DNA of 64,000 bases from Eledone cirrhosa (Eukaryota). The stretch's first letter is position 1, and every line of letters begins with the position of its first letter. Under the pieces are notes generated by a model. The model made no database searches and was not told the DNA's origin. It saw nothing but the letters and a program-made list of their open reading frames with translations. Position numbers and translations under genes: made by a program. The stretch is from NCBI GenBank assembly GCA_964016885.1, contig OZ024741.1:392584001-392648000 (forward strand), given 5' to 3'. Of the stretch, positions 1 through 12,835 are shown piece after piece.

Positions 1-257
1 TTCTCAGTCAGGTGAATTATATATATATATATTAGCTACATATAAAAATGAGAAAACTCACCACTAGAACAGCCAATAAAACAGCTAAATGCTGTCAAAG
101 ACAACAATGGGAAAAAATGCCACAGGACAGAGACGAGTGGTCAGTGGTCAACAAAGAGACAATCCTTGAGGTGGGTGATAGGCAGATGAAATATAGAAAA
201 GATTGAGAGAGGAGGAGGACAGGGAGAAGTGTGTTGGCACACAGAAGTGATTGGAAG

Positions 258-304
<47 letters not shown>

Positions 305-604
305 TACCTCCCATGCCCTAACACGCCACCTACATTTGATCACACCACCCTTCTCCCATGCTTTTACACCCCTGCCTCAGTTCCCAGTTCACACTGTAAA
401 GCGGTCATGTAGGTGTCACAACAAAAAGCACCCAGCAGACACTGTAAATGTTTTTGCCATTAGTAAGGGCATCCAGCTGTAGAAACCAAGCCAGAAAGAG
501 TACTGTATGAACAAGACATAGTCACCTGACCTGACTTGCCTCAAATGGGACAGTCTGTCTAACTCATGCCAGCCTGGAAAATGGACATTAAACGATAGTC
601 CCCT

Positions 605-1212
605 CTATATATATTGTATTTTAAAGAGCCCAGGAAAACTCTTTCCTTTGAGCTCATTGAATTACAGGATTTTACGCGAGTCCATTGCTCCATTATTTTA
701 CTTGATATTTGTTCCTTGCGTTCTCTCTGCTGTCGAGCACCATAAATTGAATGGTATAGGCTGCCATTTCTAGCAGCTTGTTCTGTTCATACCACCGGTC
801 ACTGCCTTGTGTACGTATTTCCCTTCTGTTTACACGTGCGACAGGTGGTTACTATAGTTCTCTCTTTAGTAGTGTGGACAATATCGGTCTTTGCACATGC
901 TGATGACCCACTGGGCCGAATTGGAACCCATTATATGGCGAAACAATCTCTTAGGGAGTTTGTACAAGTGTGATTTAGTTATGAGGTTGGTTTCTCATTT
1001 TCATTTATCCTTTTAATTATTATGTTTCTCCTAAACCTCTCTTAGCTTATATTCTCTTCACGCTGGTGGTTTAACATCCTGTAAATGAAAACACACTCTC
1101 CAGTGTTTTTCCTCCCTATATATATTGTATTTTAAAGTGCCCAGGAAAACTCTTTCCTTTGAGGTCATTTAATTACAGGATTATACGCGAGTCCTTTACT
1201 CCGTTATTTTAC
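605..1212 (+). mobile_element. Non-coding HHR-bearing element, about 1.2 tandem units of 511 bp (retrozyme or PLE pLTR-like)
   Basis: About 97-bp direct repeat at 605-701 and 1116-1212; one HHR inside; no ORF; ends in (TA)n. Confidence 0.65.
892..972 (+). ncRNA. Type I hammerhead ribozyme
   Basis: tgcacatg-CTGATGA-ccca...tggc-GAAA-caatctcttagggagtttg-TA-caagtgtg. Stems I-III pair with a few mismatches; GUA triplet; C-C mismatch at the base of stem II. Confidence 0.7.
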
Positions 1213-1711
1213 TATATATATATATACACCCTTGCAAGCAGGGAAAAGCGGACGTAAAATGATGATGATGATGATGATGATACACACATACAATGGGCTT
1301 TCTTGCAGTTTCCATCTACCAAATTCATTCACAAGGAATTGGTTGGCTGAAGACTATAGTAAAATATACATGCCCAAGATGCTGTGCTGTGCCATTGAAC
1401 TTGAAACCATGTGGTTGTGAAACAAAATGCTTAACCACACAGCCATGCTTATGTGTGTATATCTAATTTTACTCCTGTCCAAAACCTCTGTTGTTTATCT
1501 TGTGTCCTGTTATGTCTTATAACTTAGTGGTTCAACAAACAGAGATCGATAAAATAAATAATACAGTCAATGTAATTGACTAAACCATTGAAGGTGTTGT
1601 CCAAGCATGGCTATAACTCAATAACTGAAACCAGTAAAAGAAAAACGGTATGTATACACTTATCTTTATTGATTGCAATAAACATCTAAACATATAATTT
1701 TGGAGTTTTAC

Positions 1712-1845
1712 CTAGTCACATGATCAACAAGTTTTGTCTGCAGCAAAAGATCTCTTCCAGGAAGCAAATTGTCACAGATTAGATTTTGGTTTGTACGGAC
1801 AGCAATACCATTACCAACACACAAAGATCGAAGTACATCCAGAAC
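1712..1845 (-). CDS. RyR: RyR exon: [44 protein letters not shown]
   Basis: 134 bp; cttacag acceptor, gtaaaa donor; phase 0 to 2. Confidence 0.96.
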
Positions 1846-1925
1846 CTGTAAGTAAATGCAAGAAAACAACATTAAAAATTATATTGATGTTTGAATTTCT
1901 ACCTTTGCATTTCTTTATAGTTAAT

Positions 1926-2140
1926 GATTGGCAGTATCGGTAGAGGGTCGGACGCCAGGCGGTGGATTGGCAGTATCGGTAGAGGGTCGGACGCCATGCT
2001 TTCCAGCATAGTTACGTCCCTTTACGATCTGAGTTCAAATCCCGCCGAGGTTGACTTTGCCTTTCATCCTTACGGGGTCGATAAAATAAAGTACCAGTAA
2101 TGCACTGGATAACTGCTGGCCTTGTGCCTAAAGTAGAAAC
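1926..2140 (+). mobile_element. tRNA-derived SINE family A, with duplicated 5' head
   Basis: A box TGGCAGTATCGG and B box GAGTTCAAATCC; central gactttgcctttcatccttacggggtcgataaaataaagtacc; near-identical copies elsewhere in the window. Confidence 0.85.
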
Positions 2141-2606
2141 AGTTATCTGAGATAATCAATATTTGAAAAGATCGGATGGTCACAACTTGAATACCTTTAA
2201 CTATGAGTCTAGGACTAATTCACAACTGCAACCACAACATAGATTTCTTTTCTTTTTTACTCGGTGTGTAAGAGGAATTGTAAGGATTAGCACCACAAAG
2301 AGCACCCAACTGTAAAATATTGCTTCCAAAAGACCCCCATAATCTTCAAGAAGGCTGTTGGGGGAGGTTGAATTGCTAACCCCTACTTCAGCAGGGGAAA
2401 TAGTTTGTGTTGTTGATGGATATTTCACAGATCTCTGTCCTGTAAAACGTTTTTATTTGGATGTGCTTATATAATTAAAATACCTAATGATTTAAAGAAA
2501 CAAATACGAAAATTGTATATGTGACTTTTGAAGGCCATGGCGTTAGATTACAATACAAAATAACATTCGTATTTAAAATAGTACAAAAAAGAAACTAAGA
2601 AAATAC

Positions 2607-2725
2607 CTTTGGGTCTCTTCCATGCTTATCAATGAGTGAGATGATAGTGACAATGTGTTTTTCTTTGATCATGTTTAGTGCCTCAGGACTGTCAATTAAC
2701 ACACAATGAAGGACATCAAGAACCC
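2607..2725 (-). CDS. RyR: RyR exon: (G)[39 protein letters not shown]
   Basis: 119 bp; tttag acceptor, gtattt donor; phase 1 to 0. Confidence 0.96.
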
Positions 2726-2990
2726 CTAAAATATAGTTTAATACAGTTTAGAAATTTAAGAGAAACTTCTTTGATATAAATTTCTTGTAATTTTACACAA
2801 AAAGGAATTTAAAAACAAAATGATGTGTTTCTTTTCCTCAGAGAAATCTTATCACCAGAAAGAAGGTGATGAGTAAATGATAAAACACTGAAAACAAGGA
2901 TAACACTTGGAAAAAAAGAAAAGAAAGAAAAACATGAATAGTTACATTCACATTAACTGTACAGTGTTAATTGTAGATTATATATATATA

Positions 2991-4472
2991 TTTAGTTATA
3001 GATGACAAACATTAAATGGTAAATATGAGTTTAGATCTTTTAAAAATATTTTACGGAGACAGATATACAGGGTAAATTTGAAAGGAAATAAAAAGTGAGA
3101 GGGAAGAAAAAGTAAAAGTTTATAGAGAAGGTTTAAATATAACCATAATTACACTGAGGTGTATTAAAAAACTGGAGAATAATAAATCTTTCTTGGAGAA
3201 AGATGTTTGATTTTCCTTTTTTTTAAATTGATTTTTACAGTAGCTTAGTATATTTGTCAAAACACTGGTTTCTTCACTTATATCATCATAACAAAGGCAA
3301 TTCTTTGCTAAAAAGTCTAAAAGTCTATGAAAGTTTAAAATGGCTTAGAACTGGCAGAAAAAAAACTTATTTTGAACAAAAATAGCAAATTAAAGTTGTT
3401 TTGGGTCTAAAACAAGTAAAATTCATTGTAAAGTCTAAAATATTTAAAATATAAAATATTGATAAAATCTTATTTGAAATAGTGATAATTGTCAGAACTT
3501 TGCTTTCAAAGAAAACATCTGATGTCTTAAGATAGAAAATAAATTCTAAAAAAAGAAAGAAAGCAATTAACAAAATCAGTTGGTCAAACAATTTCCTATG
3601 GAATTAAAAGAAATCAAAAGAAATGAAGCTGGTAAAGCTAGAATCAGCTGGCACCTTCCTCGCCATTCTGCTCTCAACGAGGTCATCAAGCATGGCTTGG
3701 ATGCTGCATATTTCCCCTCCCAGCTCAAGCTAGCAGGGCTGGACTGAAGGGATGGCAAAAGGCCAGATGGCTTGACCATCTTCCTGTTCCACGGTGGTAA
3801 ACCCCTTATCTGGAATGCCACATGCAGTGATACATTCCCCAGTGGCAACCTGGTCCAGTCTGTGACTAACCCAAGCTCTAGGGTACATTCTCCAAATATC
3901 GGTCGCTCTCTGACAGACTTGCGGAGAAGAGACTTCTGGTGTCCTTGGCCCTAGGGCCACCTCTCTACTCACCATCATCGGCACAGAATTGGCTACCTGC
4001 AGGTGTGAGCCTTGCGAGCTGGATTGGCTCTTCCAGCATGTCTCTCTCACCATCCTCCAAGGAAATGCCTTCTCTAATCTGTCCAATAGTGCCATGCAGC
4101 AGCTAGTGCATGGGCCACCATTTGCTCACAATAGTGAAATATAGGTAGAGTGGGAGAGATGGAGGTGGTGATAGTGAGGGTTTGGTTCTTTTGTGATCAG
4201 ACCTGGTGTATATATATGTGTATATAAGAATATATACACACAAGCACAACTATACTTATAAAGGGCATACATAAAAAATGATTTAAAATGTTATAATTAT
4301 AAAAGTGTTTAAGTATGTCTATATACACACACAGGTGTATAAGATGCATGAACTCATATAAAAGTGGTGATAGAGTATAGCTAAATTTATATAGATATAT
4401 ATGCATACACTACACACACACACACATATATATACATATATATATAAATATATATATATGTGTGTGTATGAG

Positions 4473-4503
<31 letters not shown>

Positions 4504-4567
4504 CTGTATATATATATATATATGTAGATAAATCTACCAAAATGTACGGTAGTGTCCAATCCGTATG

Positions 4568-4644
<77 letters not shown>

Positions 4645-5766
4645 CATATATATATGGTCAATATAATGGTGATACTGCCAAATAGCCAAATTGTCAGTTC
4701 TACAGCCAAAGTCTCAAAGGGAAATGAAATGGAGACACAAATCTAGTATAGGTTGTAAACCATGACTTACATATACATACATAAATGTATATATACACAC
4801 ATGTACATACACACACACACACATATGTATATGTGTGTGAGAGAGAGAGAGACAGGAACTCATTACTGCTATTCTATGCAACAAAGATGGATATTTTCCA
4901 TAATCCTTATTTATATTTTACAATAATGATTCAAGTTATTGTTGATATTCTGCATGAGAAAGCCTCTCATTACTACTATCAGATGCTGCTAGGTGAAAGT
5001 AGGTAAAATATGAAAGCTACTTTATTCCAATTGTTTTCATGTGATAGGTGTTGCACATCTCCTTCACAATTGTGATTGCACTTGAAAGGCCCTTTTCAAA
5101 GATATTGGATCCCCACTGAGCCTATAGTCACACAATGGGGCAGTTGGATCAAAGCAGCTGAATATTATGATAAAAATTTATCCTGTGTTCATGAGGTAAT
5201 TAATGGAATTAATGAAGGAGGAATTCTTGTGGAAAAAAGCAAAACAATGTGTCAATTGCCAACAATAGAAGTGAGTTTCACACAGATAGTGTGATACTAT
5301 TTATCACTGAAGGATTTAATAAAAAAAATTGGAAAGTTCACAATATTAAATTGAGGAAGCATTTTAAAGTCTCATTAGATGGAATTTTGTCAAAGATCCA
5401 TGCCAAATAAAAAAGTATCTGAGCTCTAGTTTGCAGGAAAACAATCTAGGATGAATTTGCCGAATGGAAAACTCATCAATATCTCCCATGGACTACAGTC
5501 TATTATTTAAGTGTCAACCTACATCAGCTAGTGAAGACAGTTTTGTTTTCTCCTGAGAATGTGAAATTTTATACTGCAGCAATATATATGTAAATAATTC
5601 TGATTTTCTCATTTGATGTTGATTTTTTTAATGAATAATAAAGATCTTGAGATAAATTTTATATCTTTAGGTCTATATAAGGTATAAACACTTTTTAAGG
5701 TCTAAAAATAAGGTCTATAATCTAAAAATTTTAAGGTCTAAAAAACATTGCTTTAATCATAACTAA
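2991..5766 (+). mobile_element. Degenerate hAT-like DNA transposon relic, interrupted by a CRE fragment and microsatellites
   Basis: 5076-5294 gives PTEPIVTQWGSWIKAAEYY, resembling the P-x-x-TRWGTW motif of hAT-like transposases. Possible short TIRs ttagttat...ataactaa; subterminal aggtcta repeats. Confidence 0.45.
3655..4100 (+). mobile_element. CRE-clade (REL endonuclease) non-LTR retrotransposon 3' fragment
   Basis: RHSALNEVIKHGL...RDGKRPDGLTI..GKPLIWNATCSDT...LGPRA...LFQHVSLTILQGNA, with stops and frameshifts. Confidence 0.75.
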
Positions 5767-6456
5767 AAGGGCAACTTACTCATTTACATCACTATTACTT
5801 CTGTCATCTACTTTCCATATTTACTATCAAGTAAAGCAAACTGTTTGAACATTAGGTAGGGAAATCTCTGATGTAGACCTAAAAAGGTTTCTTAGTGGGT
5901 CAGTTTTTGAAAAATATAAGTAAATGAAGATTTGCTTTCACTGATATTCTCATGTAAAAATACCATAAAAGAAGTTTATAAAGAAACTGATAGTAGACAT
6001 GATATCTGAGGTTATGACAGAACCGAACATTAAGATAATTTCTATTATCATTCTTACATTGCTTGGAAGCAGGGGTGAGAAGCTGACAAAGTGGAAACAA
6101 ATACAGTAGATCTGTTTATTATAATTCTACTACAGAACTGATTGAATTGAGGTGTAGTCAGTAGAAGTATTTTCTACAAAACTCCAAATTCCTTTGGGAA
6201 GAGACTAGAATCTGGGATAGTGCAAAAGCTTCCTGAACATTTTCCAGCTGTGTTATAGACACTATTTGTTTTTTGTATGGAGCAATTAAGACTGGTTGTA
6301 AACCACTAAGGATTTGTTTGCAAATAAATCTTAGTAGTGCAGAGGATGTAAAGTGATATGGCACAGAATATATAACTGAGGGTCATTTTTAAGAGAAATT
6401 TATAATATAAAAGATAACAATGAAATAGTGAATAGCAACACTATATTGTAATATAC

Positions 6457-6558
6457 CTGTAGATGATTGTTGACTCTCTAGTCTGCTTACTAACCAATCC
6501 AGTCTGTAAGACTGGGCAAACTGAGAACAGTTTGCACGATTTCCACGAATCATTGCAG
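6457..6558 (-). CDS. RyR: RyR exon: (A)AMIRGNRANCSQFAQSYRLDWLVSRLESQQSST
   Basis: 102 bp; ttttcag acceptor, gtatat donor; phase 1 to 1. Confidence 0.95.
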
Positions 6559-7677
6559 CTGAAAATAAAATTAGAAATTTACTAAAAATTGTTCTCAAAT
6601 TTACTTTGGTAGAAAATCCATTCAGTTACAAAGATCCATTAGTCTAGGAAACTGATATTAACAAAATAGCACAGAAGTAACTTGCTACAGTTAATAATTT
6701 TATTAAACTGTAATCTAGAGTATATATGACAATTTATGCATCAAGATCGTTGCTGATTTAGAAGGATAACATACTTTTGCATTCTCATAGTTAGCCTGAC
6801 CACTACTTGGTAGAAGTGCTATTTAAATTGCCAAGAGTTCATAATGTCTTTCTATCATCACCTTTCTGTGGATGAGAATCTAAATTCTAAGAATGGCAGA
6901 TGTCAAAAATAAAATCTGTTTATTAGTAAACACATAGCTAACCTACAACTAAAGGGACTCTAAATATCAAATGAAGGAGCAAGCATCTGAGGTTGCTGAA
7001 GTAATGTAGATAGAAGGATACCATATTCTATTATTCTTTTACTACTTTTAGTCATTGAACTGTGACCATACTGGAGCATTGGTTCCAATCATTGGACTGG
7101 AGATATCCTGGGATATTGATTTTAAAGTTTTAATCAATTATATTGATGCCATTACTTTGGTATGATTTATCAATCTTAGAAAGAGGAAAGACAAAGTTGC
7201 TCTAGACAGAATTTGAACTCAAAACAAAGTTAGATATAACTAAAATATGATAAGGTGTATTCAACACTATCTAGTCTTCCAATCCACTAACAAATATAAT
7301 ATTATATGAAATATATAATATTATACAAAATATATTCCTGTCAATGTAGCATTGAAACAGTGCCAATACTTTCAATTATGAATATTAGACAGTATGTGTA
7401 TAAGAATCCTTTTGACAACATAGAGTATAATGAAATATGGGGTTAACTGATTCAGAAGAAAGGGATTTTGTTATTAACATTGAAATGATAATTTCAAAGA
7501 CCAAAGAATAAGATACATAGACGATAATTGTGTAGCCCTACCCCACTCCAATCCTTATTATATAAATCAGATTTCCATTCTCAGACAATCATAGAACATA
7601 TAGAAACTAATATAAATTGAAGAAATAAATAAACAAAAACATCAATACAGTATATGAGTCAATAGAAATCGATTTAC

Positions 7678-7813
7678 CTAACAGTAGGTAAAGATAACTT
7701 GAAATGTCGTCCCATTTCTCAGCTGCTTCTTCTCCAGCATAGTGAGCGAAATGTCTACGGCTTTTGTATTGAATGAATTTATCAATTGTTTCAAGTACCA
7801 ATGCAATCATTCC
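7678..7813 (-). CDS. RyR: RyR exon: GMIALVLETIDKFIQYKSRRHFAHYAGEEAAEKWDDISSYLYLLL
   Basis: 136 bp; cttcag acceptor, gtaaat donor; phase 0 to 1. Confidence 0.95.
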
Positions 7814-8544
7814 CTGAAGTAAAAGAAATAATAACTAATTGTGAACAAAATAAAAAACAAAAACAGAATGAAAAATAAAAATAGAAGAGTATATCTAAGA
7901 GATGAATAGTTTATTTATTATCCTTTTATTATTCTAATAATTGAACAGTGGCCATGCTGGGACTACCTTTCAGGGTTCTACTTAATCATATCGACCTCCA
8001 ACATTTTGTCACATAATTTATCTTATTGACAAAAACATGGCAATGTCAACTGAATATAAGTGACTGCAATGAATAGATATACAACAAAGTATTTTTTATT
8101 TGACACACTGATTTTTCCCCACACTATGACAACTCATACATGTACACATGTACACACACATGTATTTACGTACATATACATACAATACACTTCTGCACAA
8201 TCTCTGTTTAAAAATTTCTTTTACAAGGCTTTGGTTGATTTGTAGTTAAAAACACTCGCCCATGGTACTGTGGAGTAGGATTGAATTCAGAAACATATGG
8301 TTGAGAAGCAGCCTTCTTAACAAGACAGAAATGCTCTTATACACAGGAGGCAATTCCTTATTGTAACAATACAGACAGTTACAACTAATTCAATTTAATC
8401 ACTGATGTAAAAGTATATATATAATATTGAATGCTAACATTTTTTATTTAGGTTAATTACTCAATTGGCATTGAGAAATATTTATTGAAAACAAAGTTAT
8501 TCTCTTGTAAGGAACATTACAAAGCATTATCAGAGCAATATAGT

Positions 8545-9980
8545 TTTAACATGGAATTAAAGAGAGAGTATTAGCGGAACTGATTAGAGAAAGAGTCAAA
8601 TTAGATGAGATGCAGTTTGGTTTTGTGCCCCGGAAAAGTACAACAGTTGCCCTCTTCTTAGTGAGGCAACTACAAGAGAGGTTCTTAGAGAAGAATAAGC
8701 CACTATACTTAGCTTTTGCTGACCTAGAGAAGGCCTTTGATAGGGTACCCCGATCTGTCATCTGGTGGTCCCTAAGGAAACCAGGTGTTGAGGAATGGCT
8801 TGTGAGGACAGTGCAAGTTATGTACAGGGGTGCTGTCAGTAAAGTGAGAATAGGAATGGAGTTTAGTGAGGAATTCCAGATACAAGTAGGTGTACATCAG
8901 GGTTCGGTCCTCAGCCCGCTCTTGTTCATTATAGACCCCCAAGTCATAACAGAGGAGTTTACGACTGGCTGCCCATGGGAACTTCTCTATACTGATGATC
9001 TGGTTGTTATAGCAGAATCAGTAGAGGAGTTAGAGAATAAATTCTGGCTATGGAAACAGCAGTTGGAATCAAGAGGCCTGAGAGTCAACATAGCTAAGAC
9101 AAAAGTTTTGATAAGTAGAAGAGAGGACAATACTCTGATTCCATCGGGGAAATGGCCATGTTCAATATGTAGGAAAGGAACTGGCGTAAATTCCATAAAA
9201 TGTACGCAATGCAGATCTTAGGTACACAAGAGATGTAGTGGGATAGCAGGCAAACTAACAGGTAGGGAAAACTACATATGCAGTAGATGTACAGGGAAAG
9301 TTGGCAGTAGTAATCGCAGTGATAGACACATTTTTCCAATGCAGGTGGGTTCTATAGAAGTGGTTGATAGCTTCCGGTACCTAGGTGATCAGATTAGCAT
9401 GGGAGGGGGGTGGTTCCAAGGCCAAATTATCTAAAATAAGGATGGGTTGGAAGAAGTTTAGGGAGCTGTTTCCTCTGTTGACAAAGAAGGGTTTCTCTCT
9501 GCGTACGAAAGGACAGTTATATGATGCCTGTGTGAGATGTGTGATGCTGCATGGTAGTGAGACATGGGCAGCAACTGCAGAAGATATGCGACGGCTGGAG
9601 AGAAATGAAGCAAGTATGCTCCGTTGGATGTGCAATGCCAATGTGCGTGAATGACCAAGCATAGACGAGTTGAGAAAGAAACTGGGTATAAGAGGGATAA
9701 GTTGTGGTGTGCAGGAGAGAAGGCTGAGATGGTATGGACATAGAGGATGACCGCTGGGTAAAAAAGTGCCAATAAATCCCAGTAGAAGGAAGACGCAGTA
9801 GAGGTAGACCACAAAAAACATGGGCGGAGGTGGTGAAAGCAGACCTCAGATCGCTGAAACTCATCGAGGAGATGACGAAGGACCGTGACAAGTGGAGAGA
9901 TGCTGTGCTGAATAGGACTCGTCCAACCCTTGCAAGCAGGGAAAAGCAGACGTAAAATGATGATGATGATGATGATGATA
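8545..9980 (+). mobile_element. 5'-truncated RTE-clade LINE (RT plus 3' tail)
   Basis: QFGFVP..STT, AFADLEKAFDRVP, GVHQGSVLSPLLF, LLYTDDL; stops and frameshifts; 3' end cccttgcaagcagggaaaagcagacgtaaaa(tga)n. Confidence 0.92.
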
Positions 9981-11146
9981 TTCAAAATGCTAAAGATAAA
10001 ATGAAATTCTATTTTGCAATAGAAAGAAAAAAAAAAGCAGCCATGCACTCCGTCCACAAAGAAAAAAAGATATATATATATTTTAAAAAGAGCATGACAA
10101 CCTACTCATATATCAAGAAAACAGTCTTACATATCAAACTCCCTAAACATGAACAACTGACAACAAACCTCAAAGTTACTATCAAAGTTAAACCTCACAA
10201 TCTCTGTTAAAATTACATAGCCACTTGACATATATATAAAATTGCTATTAGTTAATTAAATCCTTTTGCAATCACAAATTCAGTGTTCGATCTTTCTGCA
10301 TGACATCTTTTGCTATTATCTTATATCATGGCATTGGGTCAATCCAAGCCTTATAAATGAAACTGGATAGATAGCAACTGTGAAAGTCTGTTGAATTGTA
10401 ACTGTGATCCAACAGCCCAGCCTCATCATGTATTGTGTAATGCTGTTTTGGGCAGAGAATTACATTAAGAGTGCATGTCTGTGGAATACTCAGTCACTTA
10501 CATGCTAATTTAATGTGTAAGTAGCCCAGTTGATCAAACACTTACATGCTCTTTCTCAAAACTGAAGGAGGGTCCATCGTATATAACATTGAAAACAGAG
10601 AATCTCAAACATTATGCTTCCACTTTAGAGCAGGGAAATACTTTAGCTTTGATCAGTTCCAGACTCTATACAAAGGATATGTTTGACCTGTTTAGATGGT
10701 ATTGATGCTACACACATAAACATCATAGACTCAGTCCAAAAATCCTTGATTTAACCGATTGGTGGAAAAACTTTACAATGAGCGGCTCAGAAACATATTA
10801 GCTAAATCTCTCTCAAACAAGAGAAGAACACATTAGATAATAAAATCTAAAATGGAATAGTCATGACTGGAATACTTTTGATCATAGATCTGCTCAGTCA
10901 GAATTCAGTTTAGGTGAAACAACAGCAAAATCAACTGTTTATTTTTCTTCGCCTTTTCTTCTGGCATTCTTTTTCTCTTAATAATGTATATGTGGATTTG
11001 AGATATTAATAATGAAACCATATGAAGGAAATTATAATTACATGCAAGGTAAGTTTTTAAAATATTCCTATAATTTCTTGATTAATAAAATCTCTAGTAT
11101 TTCAGAATTACTAAAACACATGTTGGCTATTATTTCTAAAGCTTAC

Positions 11147-11211
11147 CTCTTCTTGGAACAAATCTTGGCGATTTCTCAAAGCTTTGAGTTTGCTTTGCCT
11201 TTCTTCATGCT
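11147..11211 (-). CDS. RyR: RyR exon: (E)HEERQSKLKALRNRQDLFQEE
   Basis: 65 bp; aaacag acceptor, gtaagc donor; phase 1 to 0. Confidence 0.95.
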
Positions 11212-12149
11212 CTGTTTAAAAAAATGTTTGAAATTTGAGTGTATATACACATGAATAACAAGAAAATTTAAAGTAAGTAAATTTATCTCTATTGCTTTCA
11301 TCAATGAGTATTCCGATGTTTTATAAACTAAACTACTTGCTCGATTACTTAGCATCTTAACATGTAAGTGGCTGAGATTTCACAGACATGTGTACCTTTG
11401 GTGTAATCTTTAAGCAGAATCAGCACAGCATAGTATATGACAAGGCTGGACCTTTGAATTACAGGTACAATCCATTTGACAGACTGCTGCACAGTTTTCC
11501 CCCACCCATTCACTCTTTAGGCTCAAGTCAACCCATGACAAAAGACACTTGCGCAAGGTGCCAAGCAATGTGATGGATCCTGGAACCTTGTTAACCCTTT
11601 GTTCATGCTGCAGACTTAGAACATTTATTTCCCATTTATTGAAAATCTTTGAATACTTTGTTGAGCTTAGAATTTTACTAATTAAAAAAAATCCTGCAAC
11701 TACAGAAATACTCCACTTTTGTTGAAGAGGTCTAATAAGACTAAAGCAAGCCTGAACTTCTCACTATACCTACCAAAGATCAGACTAACTCTCCCCTACA
11801 GTAAATTTTTAATCAATTTAAATTCAGAAAACTCCTCACTTGTCATATGTTGTGCTTTCCATAATATTTAGCAGAGATTCTCTGGTTAGATGTCCTATCA
11901 CCAATCACTTTACAGCATGGATTAAGTGCATATTATCATCCTGTGTCAGATTTTATTCTGAGTGACTGCTTTCTTAGATGAGTGGCCTTTTCTATGACTC
12001 ACTAAGTTCACATTTATCCTGTGTATATATTCAAATATGTCTTGCAGGTCAAACAACCACATATTGTTAATGAATAAGAGACATGTAATACATTTCTTGA
12101 AACTCTTAATTGATACTGTCTTAATTATTTAGTTAACATTTCTTTGGAG

Positions 12150-12331
12150 TAATGTTATTTTATAGAGTGTGTAGCTTGGAGATCAAAGAGTTGTTGCAGT
12201 TAGAGCCACAACTTTTCCAAATTGAGAGATCACAGCTCCAATTCTATGGACATGTAGTTAGAATGTCTCAGAGAAGAAGAAGAAGAAGAAGAAGAAGAAG
12301 AAGAAGAAGAAGAAGAAGAAGAAGAAGAAGA
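12150..12331 (+). repeat. RTE 3' fragment ending in (GAA)n
   Basis: QLQFYGHVVRMSQ followed by about 20 GAA units. Confidence 0.6.
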
Positions 12332-12342
12332 AAATTTCTTAC

Positions 12343-12467
12343 CTTCATCCTCCCCAGGTTGAGCAAAATACTCGATTAGATCCTCTAGACTTTTCAGGAC
12401 CTCTTCCAGAGTTATTCTGGACCAGGCATGACTTGTTCTTCCTTCAGTCTTAAGGGAGTCCAATGCC
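12343..12467 (-). CDS. RyR: RyR exon: (K)ALDSLKTEGRTSHAWSRITLEEVLKSLEDLIEYFAQPGEDE
   Basis: 125 bp; attatag acceptor, gtaaga donor; phase 2 to 1. Confidence 0.94.
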
Positions 12468-12554
12468 CTATAATTGAAAAAAAAAACCCATTAATATTTA
12501 TGTGTGTGTGTGTGTGTGTGCATGAATATATACACATACATGCACAGCTGTCTA

Positions 12555-12835
12555 TGGGAAATTCTCTATGTAGACCATTGATCTAGTCATTATAGCTGAT
12601 TCCATAAAAGAACTAGAGAATAATTTCAAAAGGTTTGAGAGTAAACTTAGCCAAAACTAAAGTGCTCGTTAGTAGAAAAGAAGGTTGGACCTTGATTCTC
12701 CCGGGGAAGTGGCCCTGTTCAATATGAAGAAAAGGAGAAGGCATAAATAAACTCTTTATAATATACACAAGGTAAATCTTGGCTACACAAGAGATGTAGT
12801 GGGATATCATGTAGACTAACAGGAAGACTAACACA
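12555..12835 (+). mobile_element. Degenerate RTE RT fragment
   Basis: Similar to 8970-9260 (GLRVNLAKTKVLVSR..GKWPCSI). Confidence 0.7.
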
